Assembly: GCA_963702435.1 (NCBI GenBank)
Contig: CAVPCR010000004.1
Location: 448,001 to 512,000, forward strand
DNA length: 64,000 nt
Reading direction: 5' to 3'
DNA from: Candidatus Eiseniibacteriota bacterium
Lineage (GTDB): Bacteria > Eisenbacteria > RBG-16-71-46 > CAVPCR01
Shown: in pieces, positions 9,688 to 21,082 of the stretch
How positions within the stretch are numbered: the first letter of the stretch is position 1
How the letters are laid out: each line of letters opens with the position of its first letter
Notes under the pieces: model-generated
What the model was told of the DNA's origin: nothing
The model's database searches: none
Seen by the model: the letters and a program-made list of their open reading frames with translations, nothing else
Position numbers and translations under genes: made by a program

Positions 9688-11045
9688 CTCCTGCCTCCGC
9701 CGCCGCGCGATCCGCCGCTCCGCGACCCCATGCTGGAAGCGCCGCGCGAGCTCGAGGCCTTGGCGCTCGATCCGCTGTAGCCCTTGGACCCGCCGCTCAC
9801 TCCGCTGCTGGCCTTGGACCCGCTGCCCGACGAGACGCTCCTGTTACCGATCTGGTCCTGGCCGGTGCTCTTTGCACCGCTGCTTGCACTGCGATTCGCG
9901 GCGCTCGCTCCTCCGCTCGCGCTCCCCCCGGCGCTGCCCTGTTGGCGGCTGGGCTGCTGGCCCGCGCTCGCCTGCTTGTTGCTCGGCGCGGTGCCGCGTG
10001 ACCCGCTGCCGTACTTGTTCGACGTGGTCTTGTCCGGGTAAGGGGTGCCGCCGCGATGCGAAGGGTCGTGCTGCCATTTGCCACCACCGGCCCCACCGGC
10101 TCCTCCGGCTCCTCCGGGGCTCCCGACGCCCCCAGCTCCGCCGGCCCCGCCGGCACCGCCCACTCCACCGGCACCGCCGGCGCCGCCGGCGTTGTTCCTG
10201 TTGAAGTTGTTGTCCACGTCGATGTAGACGTCGTTACCTCCCCACCCGCAGCCGCAGCACGAGCCGCCCCAGGCTGCTCCCATCGCGACACCGAAGGTGA
10301 AGGCCACGAAATAAGCGCCCGCAGGAGGTGGGGGTGGGTAATAGATCGGCGGATAGGGATAGACGGGCGGGCCGTAGACGACCGTGGGGCTGTAGGTCGG
10401 CACGTAGATGACCTCCGTCGTAGGTTGCACGATGATGACCGTATCCGGAGCGACCACTTTCGTTTCGACCTTCTGCTGGTCGTTGGTTTCAAGGGCGCCG
10501 TTGGCCTGGGCCTTCTTCCGCATCCGCTGCGCAGCGTCCATGACGTCGCCCTGCTGCGCAAGGAAGGCGTTTCCGAGGTCCGTGGTCCACTCGATGTCTT
10601 CCGCGAGCCGCTTCGTCACGTCGCGAAACGCCGCCATCGATTGAACGCTCGCGTCCCAGGGCTGCTTCGCGACGGCGTCGGTCAGCGCCTGGTCCTTGAG
10701 GTCGGGGTTCTTCAGCAGCCACTGGTGGAGCTGGACGATCTCGAGCGGGTACGTCGATGCAACGAGCACCTGCGCCAGGAGCGGATCGGGGTAGAGGGCG
10801 ATCGGCGCCACCAGGGCGTCGAGCTGGTCCGGGGGAATCTTCGGCGCAGGTTCTGCAGCCGGGGCGGCCGGCGCCGCTGCAGCAGGGGCGGCCGGCGCCG
10901 CCTGTTGCGTTGCCGTCTTCTCCTGCGCGAGGACCACGCCTTCACCGGGTAGAAGCAGGATCGCGCAGCAGACCGCCAGCAGATCTCGCCAGGAACCGGT
11001 CCGGGCACGGCACCAGGATCGCGATCGCGAAGTCCTTGGTTTCAT
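9684..11045 (-). CDS. DUF3300 family protein with Gly/Ser-rich tail
   Basis: LDALVAPIALYPDPLLAQVLVASTYP, WD.SV, LGNAFLAQQ.DVMDA.Q motifs; ATG 11045 with GAGGGAG SD. Confidence 0.9.
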   Translation of the reverse strand: MKPRTSRSRSWCRARTGSWRDLLAVCCAILLLPGEGVVLAQEKTATQQAAPAAPAAAAPAAPAAEPAPKIPPDQLDALVAPIALYPDPLLAQVLVASTYPLEIVQLHQWLLKNPDLKDQALTDAVAKQPWDASVQSMAAFRDVTKRLAEDIEWTTDLGNAFLAQQGDVMDAAQRMRKKAQANGALETNDQQKVETKVVAPDTVIIVQPTTEVIYVPTYSPTVVYGPPVYPYPPIYYPPPPPAGAYFVAFTFGVAMGAAWGGSCCGCGWGGNDVYIDVDNNFNRNNAGGAGGAGGVGGAGGAGGAGGVGSPGGAGGAGGAGGGKWQHDPSHRGGTPYPDKTTSNKYGSGSRGTAPSNKQASAGQQPSRQQGSAGGSASGGASAANRSASSGAKSTGQDQIGNRSVSSGSGSKASSGVSGGSKGYSGSSAKASSSRGASSMGSRSGGSRGGGGRR

Positions 11046-11244
11046 GACGATGCACTCCCTCGCGCCGGGACACGCGCGAACCACGAACATTGACCGTCGT
11101 GTAGCATACGGCAGCTGGATCAAGCAGCGCAAGATCAGCTCATGGGCACCTGACGGAAGTCGCCACATCGATCCGACTCGAGTCCGGCGCCATGCGGCTG
11201 CGCTTACCGCTTGCTCTGCCGCGAGCCTGCCGGCCCTCCGGCGG

Positions 11245-12012
11245 TCAGAAGTAGACATGGAGGATCACGTTCAACGCGCCGAGCGACGACGGCGACGATT
11301 CGGAGTCGAACTGAAAGGTCATGTTTCCCTCCAGGGCGAGGCGCTCGATCAAGCCGACGCTCCCGCCGCCGATCAGGCGGATCCGGCTGATCTTCGAGTG
11401 GCGGCTATCGTAGTAGGGCTCGGCCGAGACGTACGGTACGATGGAAATGTTCCGTGGCGTGATCTCCTTCTCCGCCATCAGGCGGTACCGGAGCCGCCAC
11501 GAGAAGTCGTGGTCCTCCCCGAGGAAGCGAAGATCCGTGCGCAGCCGACTCGAGAGGAGAGCCCTGCTTCCCAGGGGCACTCGCACGTGAAACTCCAGCA
11601 GGCTTGACTGCTCGGAGTACTCCTCCCCGTCGTCGTCGAGACTGCGGCCGGTGAGGTATCCCCCGCGCAGCATCAGGGGCTTCATCTCCGCCGCCCGGGC
11701 CTCGTCCGCCAGGCGCTGCCGGATGCCATGGTACTTCTGGATCTTCCAGGCATAGTCAGCCTGCAGGATGAAAGTGCCCTCGCGGTAGTCGGTCACCTCC
11801 CGCCGCGACAGCGCGATGAACGACGAGAGCCGGACCTGCCGGGGTAGCTTCACCCAGATATCGATCTCGGGCCAGAGTTCCCAGACCATGTCCTCCGCCA
11901 GGGCGCGCCCGGGGACGAAGAGACAGGCGGCGACGAACAGGAGCCCGACCAGACGGCGGACGGACGCTCGGGCACCCTGCGGCCACCGCGGCCGTCCGAG
12001 CGGCCTGGACAT
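11245..12012 (-). CDS. DUF2490-like outer-membrane beta-barrel protein
   Basis: Signal peptide, WRLRYRL motif, C-terminal F. Confidence 0.7.
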   Translation of the reverse strand: MSRPLGRPRWPQGARASVRRLVGLLFVAACLFVPGRALAEDMVWELWPEIDIWVKLPRQVRLSSFIALSRREVTDYREGTFILQADYAWKIQKYHGIRQRLADEARAAEMKPLMLRGGYLTGRSLDDDGEEYSEQSSLLEFHVRVPLGSRALLSSRLRTDLRFLGEDHDFSWRLRYRLMAEKEITPRNISIVPYVSAEPYYDSRHSKISRIRLIGGGSVGLIERLALEGNMTFQFDSESSPSSLGALNVILHVYF

Positions 12013-12044
12013 GGTACCTGTCCTCCGCGTGGCGGCGATGCGCC

Positions 12045-12443
12045 TCAGCAAGCGAGGCCGTCGTCGGCATCGCCACTGGAGCGGTTGCCGCCGGTCGCGC
12101 GGAGCGGCGGGCCGTTCCGTCTCGGATCGCGCGCCCGTTCGATCCGCTCCATGCCCTGAGTGGCGGCCACGTGGTCGAAGCGGATCTCGGGCGGGGCGCT
12201 CGAGAGCTCGATGGCGCCGAGAATGCGATGGTAGGACTCCGAGCGGAGGTGCGCATCGAGCGCCTCCTCGGATTCCCAGCTCTCGACGAGCACGAGGACC
12301 GGCTCCCTCGCATGCTCCTCGTAGATGTGGCAGCCTGCGCAACCGGGCTGGGCGAGCACCGGACCCTGAACGCTTCGCAAGACCTCCAGCACCTCGGCAT
12401 ATCTATCCGGCGGCGGCAGGATGCGGTGGGTTGCGATGATCAT
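12045..12443 (-). CDS. Second ABM-type protein
   Basis: GPVLAQPGCAGC...ESWESEEALDAHLRSESY; paralogue of 2692..3063. Confidence 0.75.
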   Translation of the reverse strand: MIIATHRILPPPDRYAEVLEVLRSVQGPVLAQPGCAGCHIYEEHAREPVLVLVESWESEEALDAHLRSESYHRILGAIELSSAPPEIRFDHVAATQGMERIERARDPRRNGPPLRATGGNRSSGDADDGLAC

Positions 12444-12540
12444 GGCTTGCCCCAGGCGCGCGCAATCTGCCCGCCGGGTTCGATCCTCCGTTGATCGGAC
12501 TCCACTCCTTCTTTCCTCGGAAACTGCGGGAATCCCATCA

Positions 12541-13956
12541 CTAGAACTCCTCCGGGGCCGCTTGCACCTTGCCCTGCCGGACCGCGCGGTCGAGGGCGGC
12601 GTGGTCCCTCTCGTTCTGATCGGCATAGGCCACCGCGAAATTCGCGACGGCCTTGTCGAAGACGTCGCTCCTGCCCATGTACCCGCTGAGCATGGCGGAT
12701 GAACCGGAGCGGGCGTGGGAGAGCGCGAGCGCCCTGCCGCACCAGGTGGCGTAGAGGTCCATCTCGGGAGCGCCGAAGGTCTCGACCCGGATGCTGATCT
12801 TGATGTCTCGTAGCTGGCGGATGAAGTAGTGGCGCTGATCGCGGGCACTCACGGTCCACCCGAGGAACATGTCGCTCGCGGGCTGCATGAGCCGGTAGCC
12901 GTGCACGACGCGCTGGCCGTGGTTGGGGAGGGCGCTCGCACCGGCGTACGCTTCCAGCACGGAGGGGCGCGCCTCCTTGACCTGGAGGAAGAGGGGATCC
13001 CCCTCGCCGGCCATGAAGAGGATGACCCAGCATGCGGTCCCGACGCTCCCGATCCCCACTACCTTGACGGCGGCGTCCTTCATCTCGTAGCGGTCGAGCA
13101 GGGACTGGTACGAGGTGGCCAGGGTGGCTCGATACGCGGCGAGCGACTCCCTCATGACTGGCGGAATCTCGCCCGCGGTATGGCCCTCGATATGGAAGAT
13201 CGTGGGCAGCTCGTCCTTGATGACGGGCGTACCGCCCTTGTGCTCCACCAGTTCCGGAAAGATGTCCTCGGCGATGCTGCGCCCCCGCTCCTTCTGCAGG
13301 CGCTTCAAGCCCCGCCGGCGGAGGGCGGGGTCCTTGATGCTCGCCACCAGGTCATCCACCGCGATGGCGAAGTACCATAGCTCGAGCGTCTTCATCCGGC
13401 TGAACTCGGCCATGGATTGGCGATAGGTGCGGACGCAGGCCCTGACCACATCCTTGGCCACGGCATCGCGCAGACCGTTGTCCCGGCTCGCGACGACGAA
13501 GCTCGCGGCGAGGCGTTTGAGATCCCACTCCCACGGCGCCAGCAGTGTCTCGTCGAGGTCGTTGATGGAGAAGATGACTCGTCGCTCCGGCGTCGCGAAT
13601 CCGCCGAAGTTGCACAGGTGAGCGTCACCGCAGCACTGGATGCGGACCCCGGTGGACGGCGTGGATGCGAGGTCGGACGCCATCGTAAGGGCCGCTCCCC
13701 GGTAGAAGGTGAAGGCGGAGCGCACCATGCGCCCGTGGCGGAGGGGGAGGAGGTCGGGAAGGCGTCCCTCCTCCGCCGCGAGGACCATCTCGACCGCGTC
13801 CCGCCGGTCGGCGGGAGGCTTCCAGACGGAGTGCACGGTCCGCGGGCAGGTCGTCCGCAGGGCCTTCCCCGCGGCATATTGCTCCGCAGGTGACCGATGC
13901 CGGACGGGAACCGTCGGGTCGGCGCCGTCCGGACCCCGCTCGTTCGGAGATGTCAC
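12541..13956 (-). CDS. DUF2252 family protein (kinase-like fold)
   Basis: RHGRM..SAFTFYRG, CGDAHL.NFG, PWEWDLKRL, KVVGIGSVG, FLQVKEA motifs. Confidence 0.92.
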   Translation of the reverse strand: MTSPNERGPDGADPTVPVRHRSPAEQYAAGKALRTTCPRTVHSVWKPPADRRDAVEMVLAAEEGRLPDLLPLRHGRMVRSAFTFYRGAALTMASDLASTPSTGVRIQCCGDAHLCNFGGFATPERRVIFSINDLDETLLAPWEWDLKRLAASFVVASRDNGLRDAVAKDVVRACVRTYRQSMAEFSRMKTLELWYFAIAVDDLVASIKDPALRRRGLKRLQKERGRSIAEDIFPELVEHKGGTPVIKDELPTIFHIEGHTAGEIPPVMRESLAAYRATLATSYQSLLDRYEMKDAAVKVVGIGSVGTACWVILFMAGEGDPLFLQVKEARPSVLEAYAGASALPNHGQRVVHGYRLMQPASDMFLGWTVSARDQRHYFIRQLRDIKISIRVETFGAPEMDLYATWCGRALALSHARSGSSAMLSGYMGRSDVFDKAVANFAVAYADQNERDHAALDRAVRQGKVQAAPEEF

Positions 13957-14004
13957 TGGATTGCTCCTTTCCTATCAGGCATCGAAGCGCTGTCATCCGC
14001 AAGG

Positions 14005-14019
14005 GCACGATACGTACCA
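14005..14019 (-). promoter_or_regulatory. Candidate sigma-54 promoter upstream of DUF2252
   Basis: Minus strand TGGTAC-GTATC-GTGC (GG-N10-GC), ~50 nt before the DUF2252 start and just after the second enhancer-binding protein gene. Confidence 0.5.
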
Positions 14020-14155
14020 GGGCGCACATGGACGGTGACGAGACTGGTAAAACGTTAGATGTCAAGGAGTTGGAGGTCGGCGAGGGGGGTGACGAAGGGG
14101 AGGGAGACGCGACGAACGGACGGATCCGGGTCGACATGTCGTCCCTTCTCGTGCT

Positions 14156-16216
<2,061 letters not shown>

Positions 16217-16387
16217 ACATCCATAGTATACCTTGATGCGCGGTGCCCCGCCGGGTCGGCCGCCCGCGGGCGGGACGGGCCCCCCGCCGAACGACGCGAC
16301 GATCGCCACCGAATCAGCCGCCGGACCGATGGCCCGATAAGCGCCGGATGTGGCAGTATGGCCCGGGTGCCCGGGAGGAGAGGAGGG

Positions 16388-16786
16388 ATGATGAGCGAAG
16401 AAAGTGGACGCCGGATCGCCGACGTGGGCACGCAGCTGGCGCTCGATCGGAGCTTCCTTGCCGTCGAGCGGACCCTCATGGCATGGATCCGCACAGCGCT
16501 CGCCATGATCAGCTTCGGTTTCACCATCGGCAAGATCGGACAGGCTCTTGAAGGCGGTGAGTTCAGGACCGTTCTGGGTCGCGAGCGCAGCACCGAGAGC
16601 ATCGCCTACTTCCTCGTCATTCTCGGCACCGGAGCCATGCTGGGAGCCGCCGTGCAGTATCGTCTGCGTCTCGGCGAGCTCAAGAAGATGGGCCTCGAGC
16701 GCGGGCGGAGCATGGCGTTCGTCGTCGCGATCCTGCTCAGCCTGATCGGGGTCATGTCGTTCTCCGCGCTGGTCATGGAGCTCTGA
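16388..16786 (+). CDS. DUF202/YidH family membrane protein
   Basis: LAVERTLMAWIRTALAMISFGF motif; AGGAGG SD. Confidence 0.9.
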   Translation: MMSEESGRRIADVGTQLALDRSFLAVERTLMAWIRTALAMISFGFTIGKIGQALEGGEFRTVLGRERSTESIAYFLVILGTGAMLGAAVQYRLRLGELKKMGLERGRSMAFVVAILLSLIGVMSFSALVMEL

Positions 16787-16794
16787 GCCGACGG

Positions 16795-17536
16795 ATGGCA
16801 CTGCCGGGCTGGTTGAACATGGCGCCGCTCTGCGCGGCCCTGGTGCTGGCTGCGGTGTACGTCTTCGGTCCGCATGTCTGCCCGTACGAGAGGCGGTTCC
16901 CGCGCCGCACGCTCTCGCTGGCCGCAGGCGTGTCGCTGTCCTACGTCTTTCTCGACGTGCTGCCCGAGCTGGCGGCGCGACATCGTACCTTCTTGGAGTC
17001 GGCGGGGCCGTTGCGCTTCAGCGATCAGCGGATCTACCTGGTTGCCATGGCCGGGTTCGTGTTCCTCTACGGTCTGGAGCACATGGTCCTCGCCGCCCGA
17101 GCGGAAGGCCGGCTCGAGAAGGGGCGCGAGGCGAGGAGTCCCGTCTTCTGGTCCCACATCGGCGGCTTCGCGCTCTACGGGTGGATCATCGGCGATGCCC
17201 TCGTGAGCCGGGGAGAAGGGTCGGGTTTCTCTCCTCTCTTACACCGTCGCCATGGGTCTCCATCTCCTCGTGGTCGCGAGTGCGCTGGCGCGAGAGCATG
17301 GCCGCGCCTACCTCTCGGCAGGGCGCTGGGTGCTGGCGGCGAGCGTTGTCGCCGGCTGGCTGCTGGCGGTCCTCGCGCCGCTGTCCGCGGTGTGGGGAGC
17401 GCGTCTCTTCGCGTTCGTGGCCGGGGGAGTGCTGATGACGAGCGCGAACGAGGAGCTGCCCAAGGAGAAGGGTGGTCGATTCAGCTGGTTCCTGCTCGGG
17501 GCAGTCGTTTACGCGGTGCTCTTGCTGCTCGCCTGA
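16795..17536 (+). pseudogene. Multi-pass membrane protein (ZIP-like family), frameshift at ~17240
   Basis: LSLAAGVSLSYVFLDVLPEL...GFALY, then continues in another frame as YTVAMGLH...NEELP. Confidence 0.65.
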
Positions 17537-17622
17537 TTGCAGTCGCCGTCGAGCGCACCATCGCTCGATTCAGATACGTCAGGGTGCCGAAGGTCCCAGC
17601 TGCCGCAACCGCGACGTGGAAT

Positions 17623-18570
17623 TCAGCGCGGCCCCGACTCGCCGCCCGTGAACCACACGTACTGCCAGGCTGCAGTGATCGTCCCGAAGTTCTGGCCGAC
17701 CCGGACCGCGGCCCCCTTGCTGTAGCTCACCTTGAGCGACTGGCGTGCGGCGAGCGGAAGCGAGGCTGTGACACCGGCGCGGGCGTTGTTCTGCCGGCTT
17801 GCCGGAGGGCCGCCGTCCATGCTGACTTCGCCGCCCTGGTACCAGGTGACATCCCCCGCAAACCAGAGTCCCGGGCGGAGGAAGTAGCAGACGTGCGCCT
17901 GGAACGAGGTCAACGGGTCCTGCTCCAGCGTGCTGTTGCCGGGGAAGAACTCGGGATTCTCGGTGAAGAGCCAGACGCCCAGCGCTCCATCGAGCTCCCA
18001 GGCCCCGTGGAACCAGGCCAGGCCGACCTCCGGCTTGAAGGCCCAGCGATTGGTGCCGATGTTGATCAGCTTCTCGTTGTCGAACTCCCCGATGGGCACA
18101 TTGACGAGGACGCTGGTGCCGACGACGAAATCTCGCTTCGCCGCCGCGAATTCCCGCGGCGTCTGCGCGGGATTCCCGACCAGGTTGATGGAGAAGCGCG
18201 TCCTGATATCCCCAAACCCCGAGCGGGTGGTTCGCCGTTCCTCTCCCTCGAGCCGCCCCTCGGCGCTGCCCCAGACGTAGGGCAGCGCGGCCGTGGCTTG
18301 CGCCTGCCTCCCGAACAGGCCGAACGTCCTGCCGTAACCGGCCGCCGGCGTGTTGAACGCGCCGTCCACGTCCTCGAGGGGAAGGCTCGGGTCGAGGATG
18401 ATGTCGCCCCACATATGGCCGAAGGCGATCTGAAGGAAGTTGGCGCCGACGGGGGAGGGGGAGTAGGAGCGCGGCTCGAGCTCCTGGGCGTGGGTGGGGA
18501 GGGCCGGCGCGGTCAGGGCGATGCACGCCAGCGCAACGCCAGCGACGGCGGGGAGGCGGCAATGGACCAT
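17623..18570 (-). CDS. Outer-membrane transporter (Phenol_MetA_deg-like family)
   Basis: Signal peptide, QELEPRSYS.SPVG, GFGD, INIGTNRW.FKPE, C-terminal WQYVWF. Confidence 0.85.
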   Translation of the reverse strand: MVHCRLPAVAGVALACIALTAPALPTHAQELEPRSYSPSPVGANFLQIAFGHMWGDIILDPSLPLEDVDGAFNTPAAGYGRTFGLFGRQAQATAALPYVWGSAEGRLEGEERRTTRSGFGDIRTRFSINLVGNPAQTPREFAAAKRDFVVGTSVLVNVPIGEFDNEKLINIGTNRWAFKPEVGLAWFHGAWELDGALGVWLFTENPEFFPGNSTLEQDPLTSFQAHVCYFLRPGLWFAGDVTWYQGGEVSMDGGPPASRQNNARAGVTASLPLAARQSLKVSYSKGAAVRVGQNFGTITAAWQYVWFTGGESGPR

Positions 18571-18604
18571 CACGATCGGACCATGGCGAAGCACCAGCGC
18601 CCAG

Positions 18605-18816
18605 TGAACCGCTCCGGGTTTGCCGGAGGCTCCATTCCTTGAGAGGATGGGGTCATGGGACGATCCAGCAGATTCTCACCTGAGGTCCGGGAGCGAGCGG
18701 TGCGGATGGTCTTCGAGCACGAGAGCGAGCATGGTTCCCAGTGGGCGGCCATGTGCTCGATCGCAGAGAAGATCGGCTGCACCGCCGAGACGCTGCGGAA
18801 GTGGGTCCGGCAGGCC
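18605..18816 (+). mobile_element. IS3-family remnant (left IR plus truncated orfA)
   Basis: TGAACCGCTCCGGGTTTGCCGGAGGCTCC resembles IS6110/IS629-type left IRs; orfA from 18655 reads [13 protein letters not shown]...[22 protein letters not shown], then breaks off. Confidence 0.85.
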
Positions 18817-18990
18817 GCGGCGGCGGGGTTTACTCGTACTTCGACAATGCACTGACCATCACGAGCACGGTCATCGCGTTCAGCACCTGGGGTCCGGCAG
18901 TTCAATGTGAACTAGGCGGGACCGCGGCACTTTCGTGCAGCGATGTCTTCGGCAACACCGGTGGTGATTGGGTGGATTGCATCGAGGGGC
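18817..18990 (+). pseudogene. Fragment of a right-handed beta-helix (pectin-lyase-like) exported protein
   Basis: [41 protein letters not shown] resembles the C-terminal part of beta-helix repeat proteins; has no start of its own. Confidence 0.5.
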
Positions 18991-19280
18991 ACTCGCCGCG
19001 GCCGTGGCGATCGCCGCAAAGTTCCTTTCGTCAATAGCCTGGGAGGAGGAGGAGAACGGGGAGCCAAGCCGCGCGCGCGACCGACCGGGAGGCGTCCGCG
19101 GCGTGGCGTGACCGGCGACTGCGCGTCGTGGCCCGACGTTGCCGCGGGGTGGCCGCGGCCGCCGCACCGCGAAGCGGCCCCGCCGAGCGACACCCGATCC
19201 CGCAGGGCGCGCCTCTCCCCTCGCGCAACCGATCCTCATCGGCAGCACCCCCAACCGCGCGCTGGCCGCGGCCGGCCGGG

Positions 19281-20732
19281 CTAGCCGCACCCCGCCGGGC
19301 CGGCGTCCCCCGCCACCGCATTGCTCCCCACCACCTCCGCCCACGGGCCGGCCCGCGCGTCGTAGGCAGCGCGGCGGAGGTGGCGGAGGATGGCGTCGAT
19401 CACCGGTGGATCGAGGAGGAAGGCGATGATCCGCATCTCGCCCCCGCACCGCGGGCAACTCAGCGGATCGACCTCGTAGAGGCGACGGAGGAGCTCCGCC
19501 CAGCGCTTCCTGAGCGCGGCCCGCGATGGGGATAGCGGTTCCGGAGGTGGCACCACCGGGTCACCGCCAGGATCAGCGTTGGCATCGCGGGGTGCACCCG
19601 GTGGCTCGTCCTCCGCGTCCCCCTCGCCGCGCTGCCGCTCGACCCAGGGGCCGATCCCTTGCCGGCGCCAGGTGCCGCGGGTTCGACTCACATACGCGCC
19701 GTAGTAGCGCATGAGGTGTTCGCCCTGGCGCGGGATGTGGGTGAGGAGCTGGGCAAGGAAGTCGAGAGGAGCGAAGGCATGCGTCCCGGCGGTGGGCCCT
19801 TCGGCCTTGTCGGAGGCAACCAGGACCTGCGGCTTTGCAGCGTCGTAGGTGATGCGGGTGAGGGCGAGGGGAGCGCGGGCTGCGTAGCGAGCGAGCGGCA
19901 AGAGGCCGCCGAGGTCATCCCCATCGAGCCGCACGGCGTTGTGGACATGGAAGCCGGAGTGGGGCCAGGCGCGCATGGAGGCGGCCACCTCGGCGCTGAA
20001 CAGGCCGCGCTGGACGAAGGCGCGGAGCACGGCGCGGCGGAAAGCCTCGGTCAGCACCGCGAGCGAGTGAACACCGAGCGGCACGAACGTGCCGTCGGGA
20101 CGAAAGGCGCCGTCGGTGGCGAGCACGTGCAGGTGGGGATGCCAGTTGGCGAGCGTGCCATGGGTCTGGATCGAGGAGATGACGCCGGGCGAGACGTCAT
20201 CCGCGCCGAGGGTGGCGCGCATGAAGTCGCGCAGGGTGTCGTAGGCGACACGGCTCAACAGCCCGAGCAGGCGGCGGTCGTAGAGGAAGTAGGGTCGCAG
20301 GCGCTTGGGGACGGTGAAGACGTACTGCCGATGCGGGATCGGCAGCAGGAGCTCGCGCTCGAGCCAGTCGCACCAGAGGGCCAGGCGCTTGGCGTGGCAG
20401 GACGGACAGAAGTAGCGGCACTTGCAGCTGAAGGCAAGCAGGAACTCGGCCCCGCAGTCGCCGCAACGCACCCGCGCGAAGCCCGGCTCGAGCAAGCCGC
20501 AATCGAGAAACTTCTCGACCACCGCGCGCATGACCGGCCGCCACCGACCGTAGCGCGGCTCGTAGCGCTCCTCCCATGCCGTGGCCACCCGCTCGAAGTG
20601 CTCCTCGATCAGCCGGTAGAGCGGCGAGGCCTGGGGACGGCGCGGCCGGTAGACACCGGTGCGGGCGCCGGTAGCGGACAGACGGGTGCCCGCGGCCCGC
20701 GTCTTCGGGTCGTTGCCGAGAGATGCGACCAC
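19281..20732 (-). mobile_element. IS91-family (rolling-circle, HUH/Y2) transposase
   Basis: Zn-binding CG..GFARVRC.DC...SCK.R.FCPSC, RQYVFTVP, HPHLH (HUH), ARYAAR, RYYGAY, DPL.CP.CGG.M. Confidence 0.92.
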
Positions 20733-21082
20733 GCCCCCGGGACCGGATCACGATCGATGCCAGGACGATCGGGGCGGGAGTCAGCGGCTTCCCCCGGTCA
20801 GCGGCCGAACCCCCGGCAACGAGGTTCACGGAAGTGACTTCTGTGGGATCAGGCAGCGATTGCGCCCGCCGGTGCCGATAGCGCGATAGAATGCCGCTCA
20901 GGTCCCCGGCTCGCTATCGGACCCCCGTGTCGCGAATGAGAATCGCGTAACCTCCTGGAGAGGGGCCCTGCGGAGAGAGAGCGTCGTGTCCACGCCGGTG
21001 GCCTTCCCGGCTGAGGCGCGCCGGGTCGCCGGTGAAACGAGCTCAGGTGCGCAGAGGGAGAGCGGAACGCGTGATCGAGAAC

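Noticed and set aside
16795..18642. 615-aa + strand ORF as one protein
   Set aside because: Only the first ~148 codons look real; the rest is run-on after a frameshift, antisense to the transporter
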